DNA from: an uncultured Acidobacteriota bacterium
GTDB taxonomy: Bacteria > Acidobacteriota > JAQAZP01
Direction of reading: 5' to 3'
Assembly (NCBI GenBank): GCA_963836075.1
Contig: CAWIIB010000009.1
Location: 1,568,001 to 1,632,000 of the forward strand
DNA length: 64,000 bases
Made by a program: the position numbers and the translations under genes. Positions within the stretch are counted from its first letter, which is position 1, and every line of letters begins with the position of its first letter. Under the pieces are notes generated by a model. That model made no database searches and was not told the origin of the DNA. It worked only from the letters and a program-made list of their open reading frames with translations. Shown one piece after another: positions 39,558 to 51,165 of the stretch.

Positions 39558-39718
39558 GTTCCGTACTTTCTCACGAGGTTCGTGCTTCACGCAATCTACT
39601 CCGAGGCCGGTGGAGGATCAAGCCGCCGGTATCGCCGGTTGATCCCCGTCCGGGTTGGGGCTATCCTCGATCCAGAAACGGACCGGATTCTTCGACCTCA
39701 ACCGGGGAGGGATGATCA

Positions 39719-42460
39719 TTGATCCAGCGACTGATGATATCTGTTCTGCTACTGCTGCTGGCGGCCTCCGCGGCTCCCGCTGTCCGGGGTGCCGCCGTCA
39801 CCTGTGAAGAGGTTGAACTGGAAGGTGTGCACAGCTTTCGTCTGGACAATGGCCGTCTGACCTGCACGGTGTCGCTGGACGCTGATCGTTTGTTCCTTGA
39901 GCGGCTGTCGCTGGGGGATCAGGCCTTCATCGAGACCAACGGCGGTTTCGCCGTCGACCTCTTCTGGACCGGCTGGCGGGCTCCGGGCATGGTGAACAAC
40001 GCCGAGAACCCGGTCACCCTCACTGCCGGTGATTTCCGGCTGGTCAGCCACGACACCGCCGATCTCCCCGGCGGCGGCCGCCAGCTGACCCTGTTGCTCC
40101 AGCTGCCGGAGAGCGGCCTGCAGGCGCGCCTGAGTTACCGTCTCGACCCGGACGACTTTTTTATCCGTCGCCGGCTGTCCCTGGCCGATGCCGATGACCG
40201 GGGGCACTTCCTGCACCAGGTCTGGCCGCTGGCTTGCACGGTGCGTTCCCCGGGGGGCGTCACCGTGGTCAAACCGGGCGGGTTCGGACAGCCGGCGGCC
40301 CTGGGCTGCGGGAGATCAGGGGGCGCCTTCTTCGGCCTGGAATACCCTGCAGCGCAGAACAGTGCCGAGCAGGACGGGAAGGACGCCCGGGTCAGCTGCG
40401 GCCAGTTGATGGGGCAGAGGATCGGTCCCGGCGGGGTGGAGAGTGAGTGGGCGGTGCAGGGGCTGACCCCCGATCCGCACCTCAGGATCTGGTTCCACCG
40501 CTATCTCGATTCGGTTCGCGTTGCTCCGCTGCGACCTTACACGCTCTACAACAGCTGGTATGACCTGCGGGCCCCGGAGATGGTGGAGGACGAGGCCAAC
40601 GTGATGAACGGGCCCAACATCGAGCGGATCATGTCCTCGTTCCGCCGGCAGCTTCTTCAACCCTATGGCGTGGGCCTGGACGCCTTTGTCCTCGATGACG
40701 GCTGGGATGTCTACCGCAGTGACTGGGTGCTGCGGGACGAGCAGTTCCCCCACGGGCTGGGACCGGTGTCCCGGGCCCTGGCCGCTGACGACACCGATCT
40801 GGGAATCTGGTTCGGTCCCACCGGCGGCTATTCCCACCGTGACTGGCGGCTGGAGTACATGCGCGCCAACGATTACGAGCTGGTGGGTGACCAGCTCTGC
40901 CTCGCCGGGGAAAAATACCGGCAGCTGTTCAAGGAGCGGGTGGTGGAGATGGTGGCCGGCCACGGCGTGGGCTATTTCAAGTGGGACGGCATCCAGTTCT
41001 CCTGCAGCGAGCCGGATCATGGTCACGCCACCGGGCTCTATTCCCGGCGGGCGGTGCTGGAATCGGTGATCGACATCTGTCAATCGGTGCGGGTAGAGAA
41101 CCCGGAGATCTTCCTCAACGTCACCTCGGGCACCTGGCTCAGCCCCTGGTGGACCCGTTACGCCGACACCATCTGGATGCAGGGCTACGACTACGGCTAT
41201 TCCGACGTGCCCTCGATCAGCCGCCGCGACCGGGCCATCACCTACCGCGATTACGTGCTGTATGACGGCCTGGTTAAAAACGACTTCTGGTTTCCCATCG
41301 CCAACCTGATGACCCACGGTATCATCAAGGGCGACCTGCAGAAACTGGGCGGGGAAGCCGAGCCTCTGGACAAGTTCACCGACAATGCCCTGCTCTACGT
41401 CGCCCGAGGCGTGGCGATGTACGAACTCTACGTCTCGCCCGACCTGCTGAGCGACGGGGAGTGGGAGGTCATCGCCCAGTCGATCCTCTGGGCCAGAGAC
41501 CGCTTCCCGATCCTCGACTCCACGGTGATGATCGGTGGCGACCCCGGGAAACGCGAGGCCTACGGTTACGCCCATTTCGAAGGGGACCGCGGCATTCTCG
41601 CCCTGCGCAACCCTTTTGCCGAAACCCGGACTCTGGAGGTGACCATCTCGCCCGAGCTGGGTCTGGATGCTGAGGCGAGGGATCTGGTGCTGGACCGGGT
41701 CTACCCCACCCGGCTGATCCAGCCGGCGCTCTACCAGAGCGGGCTGACCCTGCTCCTGGAGCTGCAGGGATACGAAACCGCGGTATACGAGATGTACCCG
41801 CTGGCTGAGGCCGCCGGCCCGCTGCTGGCCGGGGCGGTCCACGAGGTGGTGCAGCAGACCGACGAGCGGCTGACTGTGCGCTGTCTCGATTCAGCTGTGG
41901 CCACACTGCTCAATCCCGAAACGGTCAGCGCCGTGATCCACGAGGGCCGACAGGTGGATCCGGCCACCTTCCGCCTCCCGCTCCAGGAGCATTCCCCCAG
42001 CGGGGAGTATTTTGGCGCAGCGGTGGAAGGCGGCCCGGAAACTTGGGAGGTGGTGTGGGACATACCGCAGGGGACCGATATTGACGGGGACACCGTGGCC
42101 CTGCTCTGGGAGCCGGAGGAGGGTGCCGGGCCCGTTGAGTCCGGGCCGGCGGTCACCGCCTTTGTGGACGGGGAGCCGGCGGAACTGTCCGTTGAAGAGC
42201 AGACCGGCCGCTGGTCGTGGCACAAGCTGGAACTGGATGGTGAATGCTCCCGGGTGGAATTCCGTCTCGCTCCCGGTGATGGAGAAGGCCCGGTGACCGG
42301 GAAGGTGATGAACTGCATCCACCACGTGTATCGTCCGGAGGGGCGGGAGATCACCTTGATTCTCAAAGAGCCGCCGGCACACCGGCCCATGCCGCCCAGC
42401 CCCCGGCCCGCCGGTGAGTTGTGGTATTGGGTGGATCTCGGCTGGCAACATCTGCGCTGA
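39719..42460 (+). CDS. Secreted clan GH-D (GH36-like) glycosidase
   Basis: TTG start with GGAGG, signal peptide, YNSWYD, LDDGWD, GIWFGP, GYFKWDG. Confidence 0.78.
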   Translation: MIQRLMISVLLLLLAASAAPAVRGAAVTCEEVELEGVHSFRLDNGRLTCTVSLDADRLFLERLSLGDQAFIETNGGFAVDLFWTGWRAPGMVNNAENPVTLTAGDFRLVSHDTADLPGGGRQLTLLLQLPESGLQARLSYRLDPDDFFIRRRLSLADADDRGHFLHQVWPLACTVRSPGGVTVVKPGGFGQPAALGCGRSGGAFFGLEYPAAQNSAEQDGKDARVSCGQLMGQRIGPGGVESEWAVQGLTPDPHLRIWFHRYLDSVRVAPLRPYTLYNSWYDLRAPEMVEDEANVMNGPNIERIMSSFRRQLLQPYGVGLDAFVLDDGWDVYRSDWVLRDEQFPHGLGPVSRALAADDTDLGIWFGPTGGYSHRDWRLEYMRANDYELVGDQLCLAGEKYRQLFKERVVEMVAGHGVGYFKWDGIQFSCSEPDHGHATGLYSRRAVLESVIDICQSVRVENPEIFLNVTSGTWLSPWWTRYADTIWMQGYDYGYSDVPSISRRDRAITYRDYVLYDGLVKNDFWFPIANLMTHGIIKGDLQKLGGEAEPLDKFTDNALLYVARGVAMYELYVSPDLLSDGEWEVIAQSILWARDRFPILDSTVMIGGDPGKREAYGYAHFEGDRGILALRNPFAETRTLEVTISPELGLDAEARDLVLDRVYPTRLIQPALYQSGLTLLLELQGYETAVYEMYPLAEAAGPLLAGAVHEVVQQTDERLTVRCLDSAVATLLNPETVSAVIHEGRQVDPATFRLPLQEHSPSGEYFGAAVEGGPETWEVVWDIPQGTDIDGDTVALLWEPEEGAGPVESGPAVTAFVDGEPAELSVEEQTGRWSWHKLELDGECSRVEFRLAPGDGEGPVTGKVMNCIHHVYRPEGREITLILKEPPAHRPMPPSPRPAGELWYWVDLGWQHLR

Positions 42461-42486
42461 GACCTGCCGGCGGCACCAGTTCGCTT

Positions 42487-42515
42487 TTGACAACCTGTCG
42501 GGGATAACCTATATT
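42487..42515 (+). promoter_or_regulatory. sigma70 promoter of the mltF-kinase unit
   Basis: TTGACA-N17-TATATT. Confidence 0.75.
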
Positions 42516-42526
42516 TTTTTAAGAAC

Positions 42527-44206
42527 ATGTCTTGCCTATGGCTTTTCAGAGCGAAAGTGTGCCCGGATTTCGTCCATGGCCGGGGGGGCGGTGTCCTGCG
42601 GCGGGGTTTGCCCGCGGTTCTCCTGTTCCTCGCGGTCCTTTTGTCACACGTCGGCTGCCGGCCGCCGGCAGAAGAGAACCCGGCCCCGGCCAGCCCGGTG
42701 GCCGACCTGGAAGAGATCATAGCCCGGGGCAAGCTGGTGGCCGCCACGGGGTACGGAGCCACCAGCTACTTCATCTACAAGGGCCGCCCCATGGGGTTCG
42801 AGTACGAGCTGCTGGAGCGCCTGGCCCGCCACCTGGATGTGGACCTGGAAATCCTGATCCTGCGCGACATGGACCGGATGTTCGAGATTCTTGAGCAGGG
42901 CGAGGCGGACATCATCGGTCTCGGGCTGACGGTGACCAAGGCGCGGGCGGAGAAGATCTCCTTCACCACCCACCACAACGAAATCCGACAGGTGCTGGTG
43001 CAGCGCAAGCCGTCCAACTGGCACCAGTTGAAACTGCACGTTATCGACGACACCCTGGTGCGCAGCCCGGTGCAGCTGCTGGGCAAGAGCGTTCACGTAT
43101 GGGGCGGGTCTTCCTACTACGCGCGGCTCCAGAACCTGGCCGAGGAACTTGGCGGTGACATCCAGATCGTCGAGATGCCGGGCAGCCTTTCCACTGAGGA
43201 CCTGATTGCCATGGTGGCCAATGGTGAAATCGACTACACGGTGGCCGACGAGAATATCGCCCTCATCGCCCAGGCCCACCACCCCAACATCGACGTGCGC
43301 ACCGCGGTGAGCCTGTCCCAGCGCATAGCCTGGGCGGTGCGCCAGCGTTCGCCGCTGCTCCTCTCGGCGGTGAACCTCTGGATGGAGGAGGAGAAGAAGA
43401 GCCAAGCCTTCAACGTCATCTACAACAAGTATTACCGCAACCGTTCGGCCTACCGGGCCCGGGCGGAGAGCCCATACTACAGTGCCGCCGGGGGCAAGAT
43501 CTCCCGCTGGGACGACCTGGTCCAGGCCCGGGCCGACGAGATCGGCTGGGACTGGCGCCTGCTCTCTTCCATGATCTACCAGGAATCGCGCTTCGATCCC
43601 GCGGAGCAGTCCTGGGCCGGGGCGGCGGGCCTGATGCAGCTGCTCCCCGAAACCGCGGCCCGGTTCGGCATCCACAATCTCTACGATCCGGAGGCCAACG
43701 TCGAGGCCGGCACCCGCTACCTTGCCTGGTTGGAGAAGATCTGGGAGGAACTGGTCCCGGAGGCGGGGGAACGGACAAAGTTCATTCTCGCGTCGTATAA
43801 TGCCGGGACAGGCCACGTGCTGGACGCCCGGCGGCTGGCCCTGAAATACGGCCGCGACCCCAGCCTCTGGGACGGGCACACGGCCGAGTTCCTGCTCCGC
43901 AAATCGCAGCGGCAGTATTTCAACGATCCGGCGGTGCAGCACGGCTACTGCCGGGGCCAGGAACCGTTCGACTACGTGGTGGAGGTTCTGGAGCGGTACG
44001 AACATTACAAACGGCACTGGCCGGCCCGGCCCGGCGCCGCCGACGGCGTGGTGGGCGCGCCGGGGCAGCCGGTGCTGCCCGACCCGCTGACCACGGTGGT
44101 TCCCGAACCGGCTGGTCCTGCAGGAGAGGCAGAACCGGCCGATAAGAATGGTGCGGACCACGGCAACCCCAGTCACCCGATTGAAAGCGGACACGCAGAC
44201 CGATGA
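42527..44206 (+). CDS. mltF: Membrane-bound lytic murein transglycosylase F (start uncertain, probably downstream)
   Basis: SBP_bac_3 domain (GFEYEL) plus SLT domain (YQESRF, GLMQL, SYNAG). Lipobox-like HVGC. Confidence 0.9.
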   Translation: MSCLWLFRAKVCPDFVHGRGGGVLRRGLPAVLLFLAVLLSHVGCRPPAEENPAPASPVADLEEIIARGKLVAATGYGATSYFIYKGRPMGFEYELLERLARHLDVDLEILILRDMDRMFEILEQGEADIIGLGLTVTKARAEKISFTTHHNEIRQVLVQRKPSNWHQLKLHVIDDTLVRSPVQLLGKSVHVWGGSSYYARLQNLAEELGGDIQIVEMPGSLSTEDLIAMVANGEIDYTVADENIALIAQAHHPNIDVRTAVSLSQRIAWAVRQRSPLLLSAVNLWMEEEKKSQAFNVIYNKYYRNRSAYRARAESPYYSAAGGKISRWDDLVQARADEIGWDWRLLSSMIYQESRFDPAEQSWAGAAGLMQLLPETAARFGIHNLYDPEANVEAGTRYLAWLEKIWEELVPEAGERTKFILASYNAGTGHVLDARRLALKYGRDPSLWDGHTAEFLLRKSQRQYFNDPAVQHGYCRGQEPFDYVVEVLERYEHYKRHWPARPGAADGVVGAPGQPVLPDPLTTVVPEPAGPAGEAEPADKNGADHGNPSHPIESGHADR

Positions 44207-47200
44207 AAGACGGTAAAAAAACAGAGAACACACGAGGCGCCGAAGCCGCTCTGCGGGAAGGGGAGCGTGCCGCCCGGGCCTTGATCGACGCCCAGCACGA
44301 ATCGGCATTCCTGCTGGAGCTGGACGGCACCCTGGTCACGATCAACGAGACGGCGGCTCGGCGGATGGGCGGCAGCCCGGAGGAACTGGTGGGCCGGAAT
44401 ATCGCCGAACTCATGCCCCCCGACGTCCAGGAGCAGCGGATGGCCGTGGCCCGGGAGGTGGCGCGCACCGGCAAAGCGGTGCGTACAGTGGATTTTCGTG
44501 ACGGTATCTGGTTTGATTCCACCATCTACCCCGTGTTTGACGAAAAAGGCCAGGTGGTGCGCTGGGCCGTTTTTGCCCGTGATGTCACCGTACGCAAAAC
44601 CGCCGAACTCAACCTGAAGCGGAGAGAGGCGGTGCTCCAGGCCATCAGTTTTACCGCCAAGAGCCTGCTGGAACCCGGCGCAATAGAGGACCGTCTTCCG
44701 GAAATTCTCCGCCTGCTGGGTGAGGCCCAGCAGGTGAGCCGGGCCTGGGTGATCAGGATCCGGCCCGGGGCCGACGGTGAGATCTTCGCCCGGCTGACGC
44801 ACCAGTGGTGTGCGCCAGGTATCGAATCGACACTGGGCCGACCTGATTACCAGGAGTTCCCGCAGATCGCGTCGGGCTATGGGCGCTGGGTGGATTTGTT
44901 CTCTGCGGGGGAGGCGGTTCACGGGCTGGTGAGCGAGTTTCCGGAGAACGAACAGCCGTTGCTGACGCGGATCAACATCAAGTCCCTGGCCGCCTTCCCC
45001 ATCATGGTGGGCGGATCCTGGTGGGGCGCCATCGGATTTGACGAGGATGTGCAGGACCGGACGTTCACCGCGGCCGAGCTGGATACCCTGGCCACGGCGG
45101 CCGAGATCCTCGGTGCCGCCATCAACCGGCGGGAGACGGAGCAGCTCCTCTGGCTCCAGCGGGACGTGGCCTTTATCCTGGCCTCCGCCGGGGGCATGGG
45201 GCAGACCATGGGCCGCGTACTGGACATCCTGGCCGCCTTCGACTGGGTGGACGCCGCCGGCCTCTACCTGGCAGACGAGGAGACGGGCGTGCTCCAGCTG
45301 GTGGTCCACCAGGGCGTCGGGCCGGACTTCGTGAAAGCGGCTTCTCCGGTCAACCCCGGAACCGAAGAGTATGACCTGATGTCCCCGTCCGAGCCGCGCT
45401 ATCTCACCATCGAAAATCTTCCTCCTTCCGAGCCGATAACGCCCCTGCAGCAGAGCGGTCTCAAGGCCATGGCCTACCTGCCGGCCTGGTCGGACGGCAA
45501 GCTCGCCGCGGTGATGGTGCTGGGATCCAGGCAGCAAGAGGTGGTCCCCCCGGCGCTGATGGACAGCCTCGATATCGTTTGCTCCCAGGTGGGGGATCAC
45601 ATCGGCCGTCTGCGGGCCGAGGATGCCATGCGGCGGTCGGAGGAGAAGTTCCGCGCGCTGGCCGAGGAGTCGATCCTCGGTATCGCCCTCTTCCGGGATC
45701 TCCGCTTTGTTTTTGCCAACATCGCTTTTGCACGGATTTTCGGGTACACCGCGGAAGAGTTGATGGCCATGGAGCCGAAAAAAATCCGCAAGCACATCCA
45801 CCCCGAGGACCGCAAGATGGTCTTCGATCGGATGGCGGCCCGCCAGGCGGGGGAGGACGTACCCCAGCAATACGAGTTCAGGATAATCCGGCGGGACGGT
45901 TCCGAGGGTTGCGTGGAGACGTCGGCCAACCGGGTTCTTCACGGTGGCCGACCGGCGGTGCAGTCGATGATTACCGACATCACCGAGCGGAAAATGGCCG
46001 AGCGCGCCCTGAGGCAGTCGGAGAGCAAGTTCCGCACCCTGATCGAAAAATCGATCCAGGGGCTGATGGTGATCCAGGACGCGAAGATAGTGCTGACCAA
46101 CGAGGCGTTCGCACGGATGATCGGCTACACCGTGGATGAACTGCTCGCCCTGCCGCCGGGAGCCATTGACTGCACCATTCACCCGGATGACCGGGACGAG
46201 ATCATGGCCCGGTTGCGCAAGAGGCTGGAGGGCGGGGAAGAACCGAGGCACTACAAGGCCCGGGCACTGCACAAGGACGGTCACACGGTCTGGGTGGACG
46301 TGGTGAGTGACATCACCGACTATGGCGGGCGGCAGGCCACCCAGGTGCTGACCGTGGACATCACCGAACAGAAAAAACTGGAGGACCGTATCCTCCAGGC
46401 GCACAAGATGGAAGCGGTGGGCCGGCTGGCCGGCGGAGTGGCCCACGACTTCAACAACCTGCTCACCGCCATCCGCGGCTATGGCAAATCGCTGGCCCGC
46501 AAGGTCGAGCAGGCGAACCCGCTGCGCGAGGAGGTTGACGAGATCTGTTTCGCCGCCGACCGTGCCGCCTCGCTGACCCGGCAGCTGCTCTCCTTCAGCC
46601 GCAAACAGGTGACCCGGCCCGAACTTGTGCATCTGAACCAGGTGGTGATCGACATGGAGGGTCTGCTGCGCCGCCTGATCGGCCGGCGGATCGAGGTGGC
46701 GACCAGCCTGGGCAAGGGGCTGGGAGCGGTGAGGGCCGACCGCAGCCAGGTGGAACAGGTCCTGATGAACCTGGTGGTCAACGCCCGGGACGCCATGGAC
46801 GGCCGCGGCCGGCTGGAGCTCAGAACCGAGCAGGTGGAACTGGATCGCTACGCGGTGGCCGAGGCGCCGGGGGCCGCGGCCGGGCCCCATGTCCGGCTGT
46901 CGGTCACCGACAGCGGGGTGGGGTTGAACAAAGACGACCTGCCCCATCTCTTCGAGCCGTTTTTCAGCACCAAGGGGCCGGGCCGGGGTACCGGTCTGGG
47001 CCTGTCGGTGGTCTACGGGATCGTGCAGCAGCACCACGGCCTGGTGGAAGTGGAGAGTGAGCCGGGCCGGGGCACACGCTTTGACATCTACCTGCCGGTG
47101 GCGCTGGACCAAGACGCGGGGGACGTGGCCGCCACCCCGGCGGCCCGGCTGGAAGGACGGGGAGAGAGACTGCTCCTGGTGGAGGATGAGGAAGCCGTCC

Positions 47201-47535
47201 GCAAACTCGTTGTGTCCACCCTCTCGGATGCCAACTACAAGGTGGTCAGCGCGGGGAGTGCCGAGGAGGCCCTGGCCATCTATGAAGGCCGCCGGGAACC
47301 CTTCGACATGCTGCTCAGCGACGTGATTCTCCCCGGCCTCAGCGGCGTCCAGCTGGTGGGCGAACTTCGTGACCGCGGGTCCGACATCAGGGTGGCGTTG
47401 ATCAGCGGCTTCACCCTCGACGAGGAGCACCAGCAGTATATCGAGGAGCACCAGCTCAACCTGCTGCCCAAGCCCTTCAACGGCGAGGAGCTGCTCGCTT
47501 TCCTCAGGCCCCTGCTGCCGGACAAACAGCCTTGA
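44203..47535 (+). CDS. Cytoplasmic hybrid sensor kinase (PAS-GAF-GAF-PAS-PAS-HisKA-HATPase-REC)
   Basis: [32 protein letters not shown]...SDVILP...KP. No TM helix seen. Confidence 0.93.
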   Translation: MKDGKKTENTRGAEAALREGERAARALIDAQHESAFLLELDGTLVTINETAARRMGGSPEELVGRNIAELMPPDVQEQRMAVAREVARTGKAVRTVDFRDGIWFDSTIYPVFDEKGQVVRWAVFARDVTVRKTAELNLKRREAVLQAISFTAKSLLEPGAIEDRLPEILRLLGEAQQVSRAWVIRIRPGADGEIFARLTHQWCAPGIESTLGRPDYQEFPQIASGYGRWVDLFSAGEAVHGLVSEFPENEQPLLTRINIKSLAAFPIMVGGSWWGAIGFDEDVQDRTFTAAELDTLATAAEILGAAINRRETEQLLWLQRDVAFILASAGGMGQTMGRVLDILAAFDWVDAAGLYLADEETGVLQLVVHQGVGPDFVKAASPVNPGTEEYDLMSPSEPRYLTIENLPPSEPITPLQQSGLKAMAYLPAWSDGKLAAVMVLGSRQQEVVPPALMDSLDIVCSQVGDHIGRLRAEDAMRRSEEKFRALAEESILGIALFRDLRFVFANIAFARIFGYTAEELMAMEPKKIRKHIHPEDRKMVFDRMAARQAGEDVPQQYEFRIIRRDGSEGCVETSANRVLHGGRPAVQSMITDITERKMAERALRQSESKFRTLIEKSIQGLMVIQDAKIVLTNEAFARMIGYTVDELLALPPGAIDCTIHPDDRDEIMARLRKRLEGGEEPRHYKARALHKDGHTVWVDVVSDITDYGGRQATQVLTVDITEQKKLEDRILQAHKMEAVGRLAGGVAHDFNNLLTAIRGYGKSLARKVEQANPLREEVDEICFAADRAASLTRQLLSFSRKQVTRPELVHLNQVVIDMEGLLRRLIGRRIEVATSLGKGLGAVRADRSQVEQVLMNLVVNARDAMDGRGRLELRTEQVELDRYAVAEAPGAAAGPHVRLSVTDSGVGLNKDDLPHLFEPFFSTKGPGRGTGLGLSVVYGIVQQHHGLVEVESEPGRGTRFDIYLPVALDQDAGDVAATPAARLEGRGERLLLVEDEEAVRKLVVSTLSDANYKVVSAGSAEEALAIYEGRREPFDMLLSDVILPGLSGVQLVGELRDRGSDIRVALISGFTLDEEHQQYIEEHQLNLLPKPFNGEELLAFLRPLLPDKQP

Positions 47536-47539
47536 CCTC

Positions 47540-50169
47540 TCAGGAGACGTTTACCGCCACCCGCTTCAGCGGAGCGCCGCTGACCTCGGCGAACCAGTTG
47601 ACCCCCTCGCAGAGCAGGTCCAGCTCCAGGGTGTAGGCCCCGGGTTCGGCGGGGCAGCCGATGCGCATCTCGATGTCCGCGGTCTCCCCCGGGCCGAGGG
47701 CCCCGGGCAGGGCGGTGTGCAACCCGTCGTGGACCACCACCTGCCCCGCCGGGTCGAGCCAGTGGTAGGAGAGGCGCACCGAGGGCAGCCCCCCGGTGGC
47801 CCAGGTGGCCGGGCCGCGGTTCTCCAGGGTCACCGTGACCACGGTTTCCTCTCCGGCAGGGAAGCCGGCCGGCAGCCGGGTGCCGGTGACCGCTGCCCGG
47901 TAGTAGTCTTCGCTCATCCACTCCTTGCCCGCGCCCGGTGCGGATTCGGCCACCGTAACCCGGTAGCGGGGGAAGCGGTCACCGGCCCAGGTGGAGAACC
48001 AGGAGGCCCCCGGGCAGACCAGGTCGGGTTGGAAGAGATAGTCGCCCGGATCGTCCGGCAGACGCACGGCCATCTCCAGGTCGATGAGCCCGCCGCCGGC
48101 GGTGACTTCCCGGAGCGGCGTGCGCAGCCCGTCCCAGACCACCCGCTCTCCGGTATCGTCAAACCAGTGGTAGGAGAGCTGTACTGGGGTTCATGTCCTC
48201 TTCCCGCCAGCGGTACGGCGAGGCATTGACCACGCGGACCGGCAGGCTGGTCATCCCGCCGGCCCCGGCCGCAGCCAGCCGGCTCGGGACGTCCTCACCC
48301 GGTTCCACGGAACCGCGGTAGAACCGGGGATTGTCCTCCCGCGTCCCGTTGCCCAGATACTCCACCCGGCAGCCGAGGTAGCGCTTGTCCCGGCTCTCCG
48401 GGTCCTCCAGCCAGGGCAGGGTCCCCACCCGGGTGCTGAAGGTCAGGGTGTAGAACCAGTATGGCTCGTAGCGGTAGGCCAGCGGCACCTTGACCAGCGT
48501 TCCCCGGGGTTTGAAGACACGGAAGTGCGGGTCGTTGTCCGGGTTCAGTTCGGGGTCTTCCAGGACCGTCGACCCGTCGGCCCAGCCGCCACTGATCTCC
48601 ACCTCCGGGTCGGAGACGTGAAAGACCATCCGCTCCAGGGGTACCGGCGAGGCGTAGAGCACCCGGGTGGTCGATTCCCCGCGCATCCAGAACCAGGGAT
48701 CACCGTCTTCGTAGTAGGCGTTGTCGTCCATCAGCCGCACCCGGGTCCCGCCGTGCCAGTAGACCCGGTACCCCGGGATGTAGCGCAGGGTGACCTCGTA
48801 GGGCAGCAGTCGGAACACCGGGTTCCTGGTGTGCGCCTGCAGGGTGGGCCGGTGGGTCACCGCCCCGAAGGGGGTGAAGATCAGCTGGGAAAGGAAGAGA
48901 CCGGCCACGGCCCAGCTGGCGACCAGCCAGCCGCGCCCGGGCGGCAGGCGGCGGAGGAAGAAGAAGGCCGGGTAGGAGAAGACAAAGTAGCGGTTGCCGA
49001 TGAAACCGCCGCCCCCCTGGTAGTTGTGGGGCATGAGGATGAAAAAGAAGAGGGCGTGCCCGACGATGGCCAGCAGCAGCCAGAGCCGCCAGGGGTCGCG
49101 CCGCCGGCGCTCGGCCAGCAGACCGGCGAGGCAGACCAGCGAGGGGAAGAAGTAGACGAAGATTCCGGTGTGCCGCCCCACCAGGTAATAGATCGAATTG
49201 TAGAACAGCTTGGCCGGGTCGAGGTGGTAGCGGAGATTTCTTCCGGCAAGGGTCCAGCCCTGGAACTGCTCCTTTTTGCCGGTTTTACCCACCCGGGTCC
49301 AGAGCGCTTCGGCGTGGATGCTGGCCGGGATAGCCGCTCTGGTGGTCAAAGGAGCGGCGGTCGCCGACGTAGGGCGACCAGCCTCCGCCGGCGATCCGGG
49401 AGATCCCGTGGTACGCGCCGGCGGCCAGCAGGATGAAGACGGCGGCCACCACCAGCTTCCGGGCGCTGCCCCGGCCCCGCGGCCGCACTCCGGCCAGCAG
49501 CAGAGGCAGAAACAGGATGCTGATCGGCTTCAGCGATGCGGCCAGGGCCAGGAACCCGGCGGCCAGCGCGATGCGCCAGACCGGGTTTCCGCTGGTCTTG
49601 TCGCCCGCTCCCGTGCTCATGCCGGTGATGGGGTGCAGCGGCGGGAAGGCGAAGTAGCAGCCGCAGAAGACGATGAAGATATTCAGCACTTCGGGCTGCA
49701 GCCAGAAGGCGTAACAGAACGAGGCGCTGAGCAGAAAAAAGGTCAGGGCAAAGGCCAGGGCGCGGTTCCGGTCGCTCTCGTCCGCGGCGCCCCGGGCCAG
49801 GTAGCGGTACCCCAGGGCGGACATGATCAGCAGCAGCAGCAGATTGAGAAAGACGAACCCCCGCACGCCCAATACGAGATAGAAGGGCACGGCCAGCAGG
49901 GAGTAGAGATACGGTTTGCCGTAGTAGACCGTCTCCCCGCCGTCGACGGTCTTGAGGATCACCCCCTCCGGCCCGTTGGGCCAGTCCTGCCAGGTGCGCT
50001 CCAGGTCCTGGAGGGTGAAGCGCAGGTCGCCGTCCCGGGCCAGGCTCTCGGTCATCATGTAGTAGCCGGCCTCGTCGGCGATGAAATACCCGGGGAGCTT
50101 CCCCTTGCTGGCGGTGGCCCCCAGCAGCAGCAGAAAGAGGGAGAGGCAGATGAAAACGGTTTTGCGCAT
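47540..50169 (-). CDS. GT-C-like paralogue of 10395..12677 with two NBR1-like Ig domains, frameshifts near 49328 and 48187
   Basis: Shared motifs DEAGYYMMTESL, GGETVYYGKPY, GRHTG, NYQGGGGFIGNRYF, LQAHTRNPVFR. Removing one C at each site joins three ORFs. Confidence 0.75.
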
Positions 50170-50191
50170 GATTCTGTTTCCTCGTGGGGTG

Positions 50192-50220
50192 ATGATATAG
50201 AACGGCTTTTCGTTTGGCAA
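50192..50220 (-). promoter_or_regulatory. Putative sigma70 promoter
   Basis: TTGCCA-N17-TATCAT, 22 nt before ATG 50169. Confidence 0.6.
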
Positions 50221-50265
50221 CGAGGGGGATTCCGGCTGGACGGTTCACTGTGATATGTTTGCCAC

Positions 50266-51151
50266 ATGATTTCCGTCATCATTCCCAGCTACAACTCGCC
50301 CGGCACCATTGCCGCCTGCCTGGAGTCCCTCCTGGCGCAGGAGACCGCCGTAGAATTCGAGATCGTGGTGGTGAACAGCTCGGACGACGACACCGCGGAA
50401 CTGGTCCGCAGCCGGTTCCCGGCGGTGCAGGCGGTCCAGTTGCCCGGGCGGGTTTTTGCCGGCACCGCCCGGAACAGGGGGGTGGAGCATTCCCGGGGGC
50501 GAACTGCTGGCCTTCATCGATGCCGACTGCACCGTTTCCCCACACTGGCTGGAGCAAATCGCATCCCGTTTTCGCGAGGGGCGCCAGGCGCTGGGCGGGG
50601 CCATCGTCGACGGCAGCCCCACCATCTGCAGCCGGGCCGAGTATCCCCTGGAGACCATCGACTTCGCCCCGGGCAACGCCATGCGGGAGGTGGGCTTCGT
50701 CTCTTCGGCCAACTGCGCCTTCTCCCGGGACCTGTTCACCGCCCATGGCGGGTTCCCGGATATCCGGGCCGGGGAGGACATGGTCTTCTGCAGCCGCCTG
50801 GCCGCCGCCGGGGTGCCCCTGCTCTTCGATCCGGAGATCCGGACATCACACCACAACCCGGTGCGTTTCAAGGCCTTTGTCCGCAAGCAGCTGATGCACG
50901 GCGAGCACAGTTACCGGGTGCGCCGGGAAGCGGACCTGCCCGGCTCGTTTCTCAACAACCGTCTGCTGCTTCCCTTCCTCCTGCCCTTCTTTCCCCTGAT
51001 CCGGGCAGTGCGGGTGGCCGGGCGGTCGCTGACCCTCCGTAACGGTTTGATTCGTGATATCATTCTCACCTTCCCCCTCTTTTTTCTTGGCTGTCTCTGC
51101 TGGAGCGCCGGGTATGCCAGGGGATACATCGGCGACCTGTTTTTGGACTGA
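50266..51151 (+). CDS. GT2 glycosyltransferase, one frameshift near 50497
   Basis: ISVIIPSYN, ARNRG, FIDADC, GEDM. Removing one G from GGGGG restores SRGELLAFIDAD. Confidence 0.88.
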
Positions 51152-51165
51152 GTAGAGAGTCGATC

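Noticed and set aside
44173-47451. 1092-aa antisense ORF (similar long shadows at 3110, 10329, 35469, 42644 and 54340)
   Set aside because: These mirror clear genes on the other strand, which is the expected stop-poor antisense frame in high-GC DNA. No recognisable motifs.
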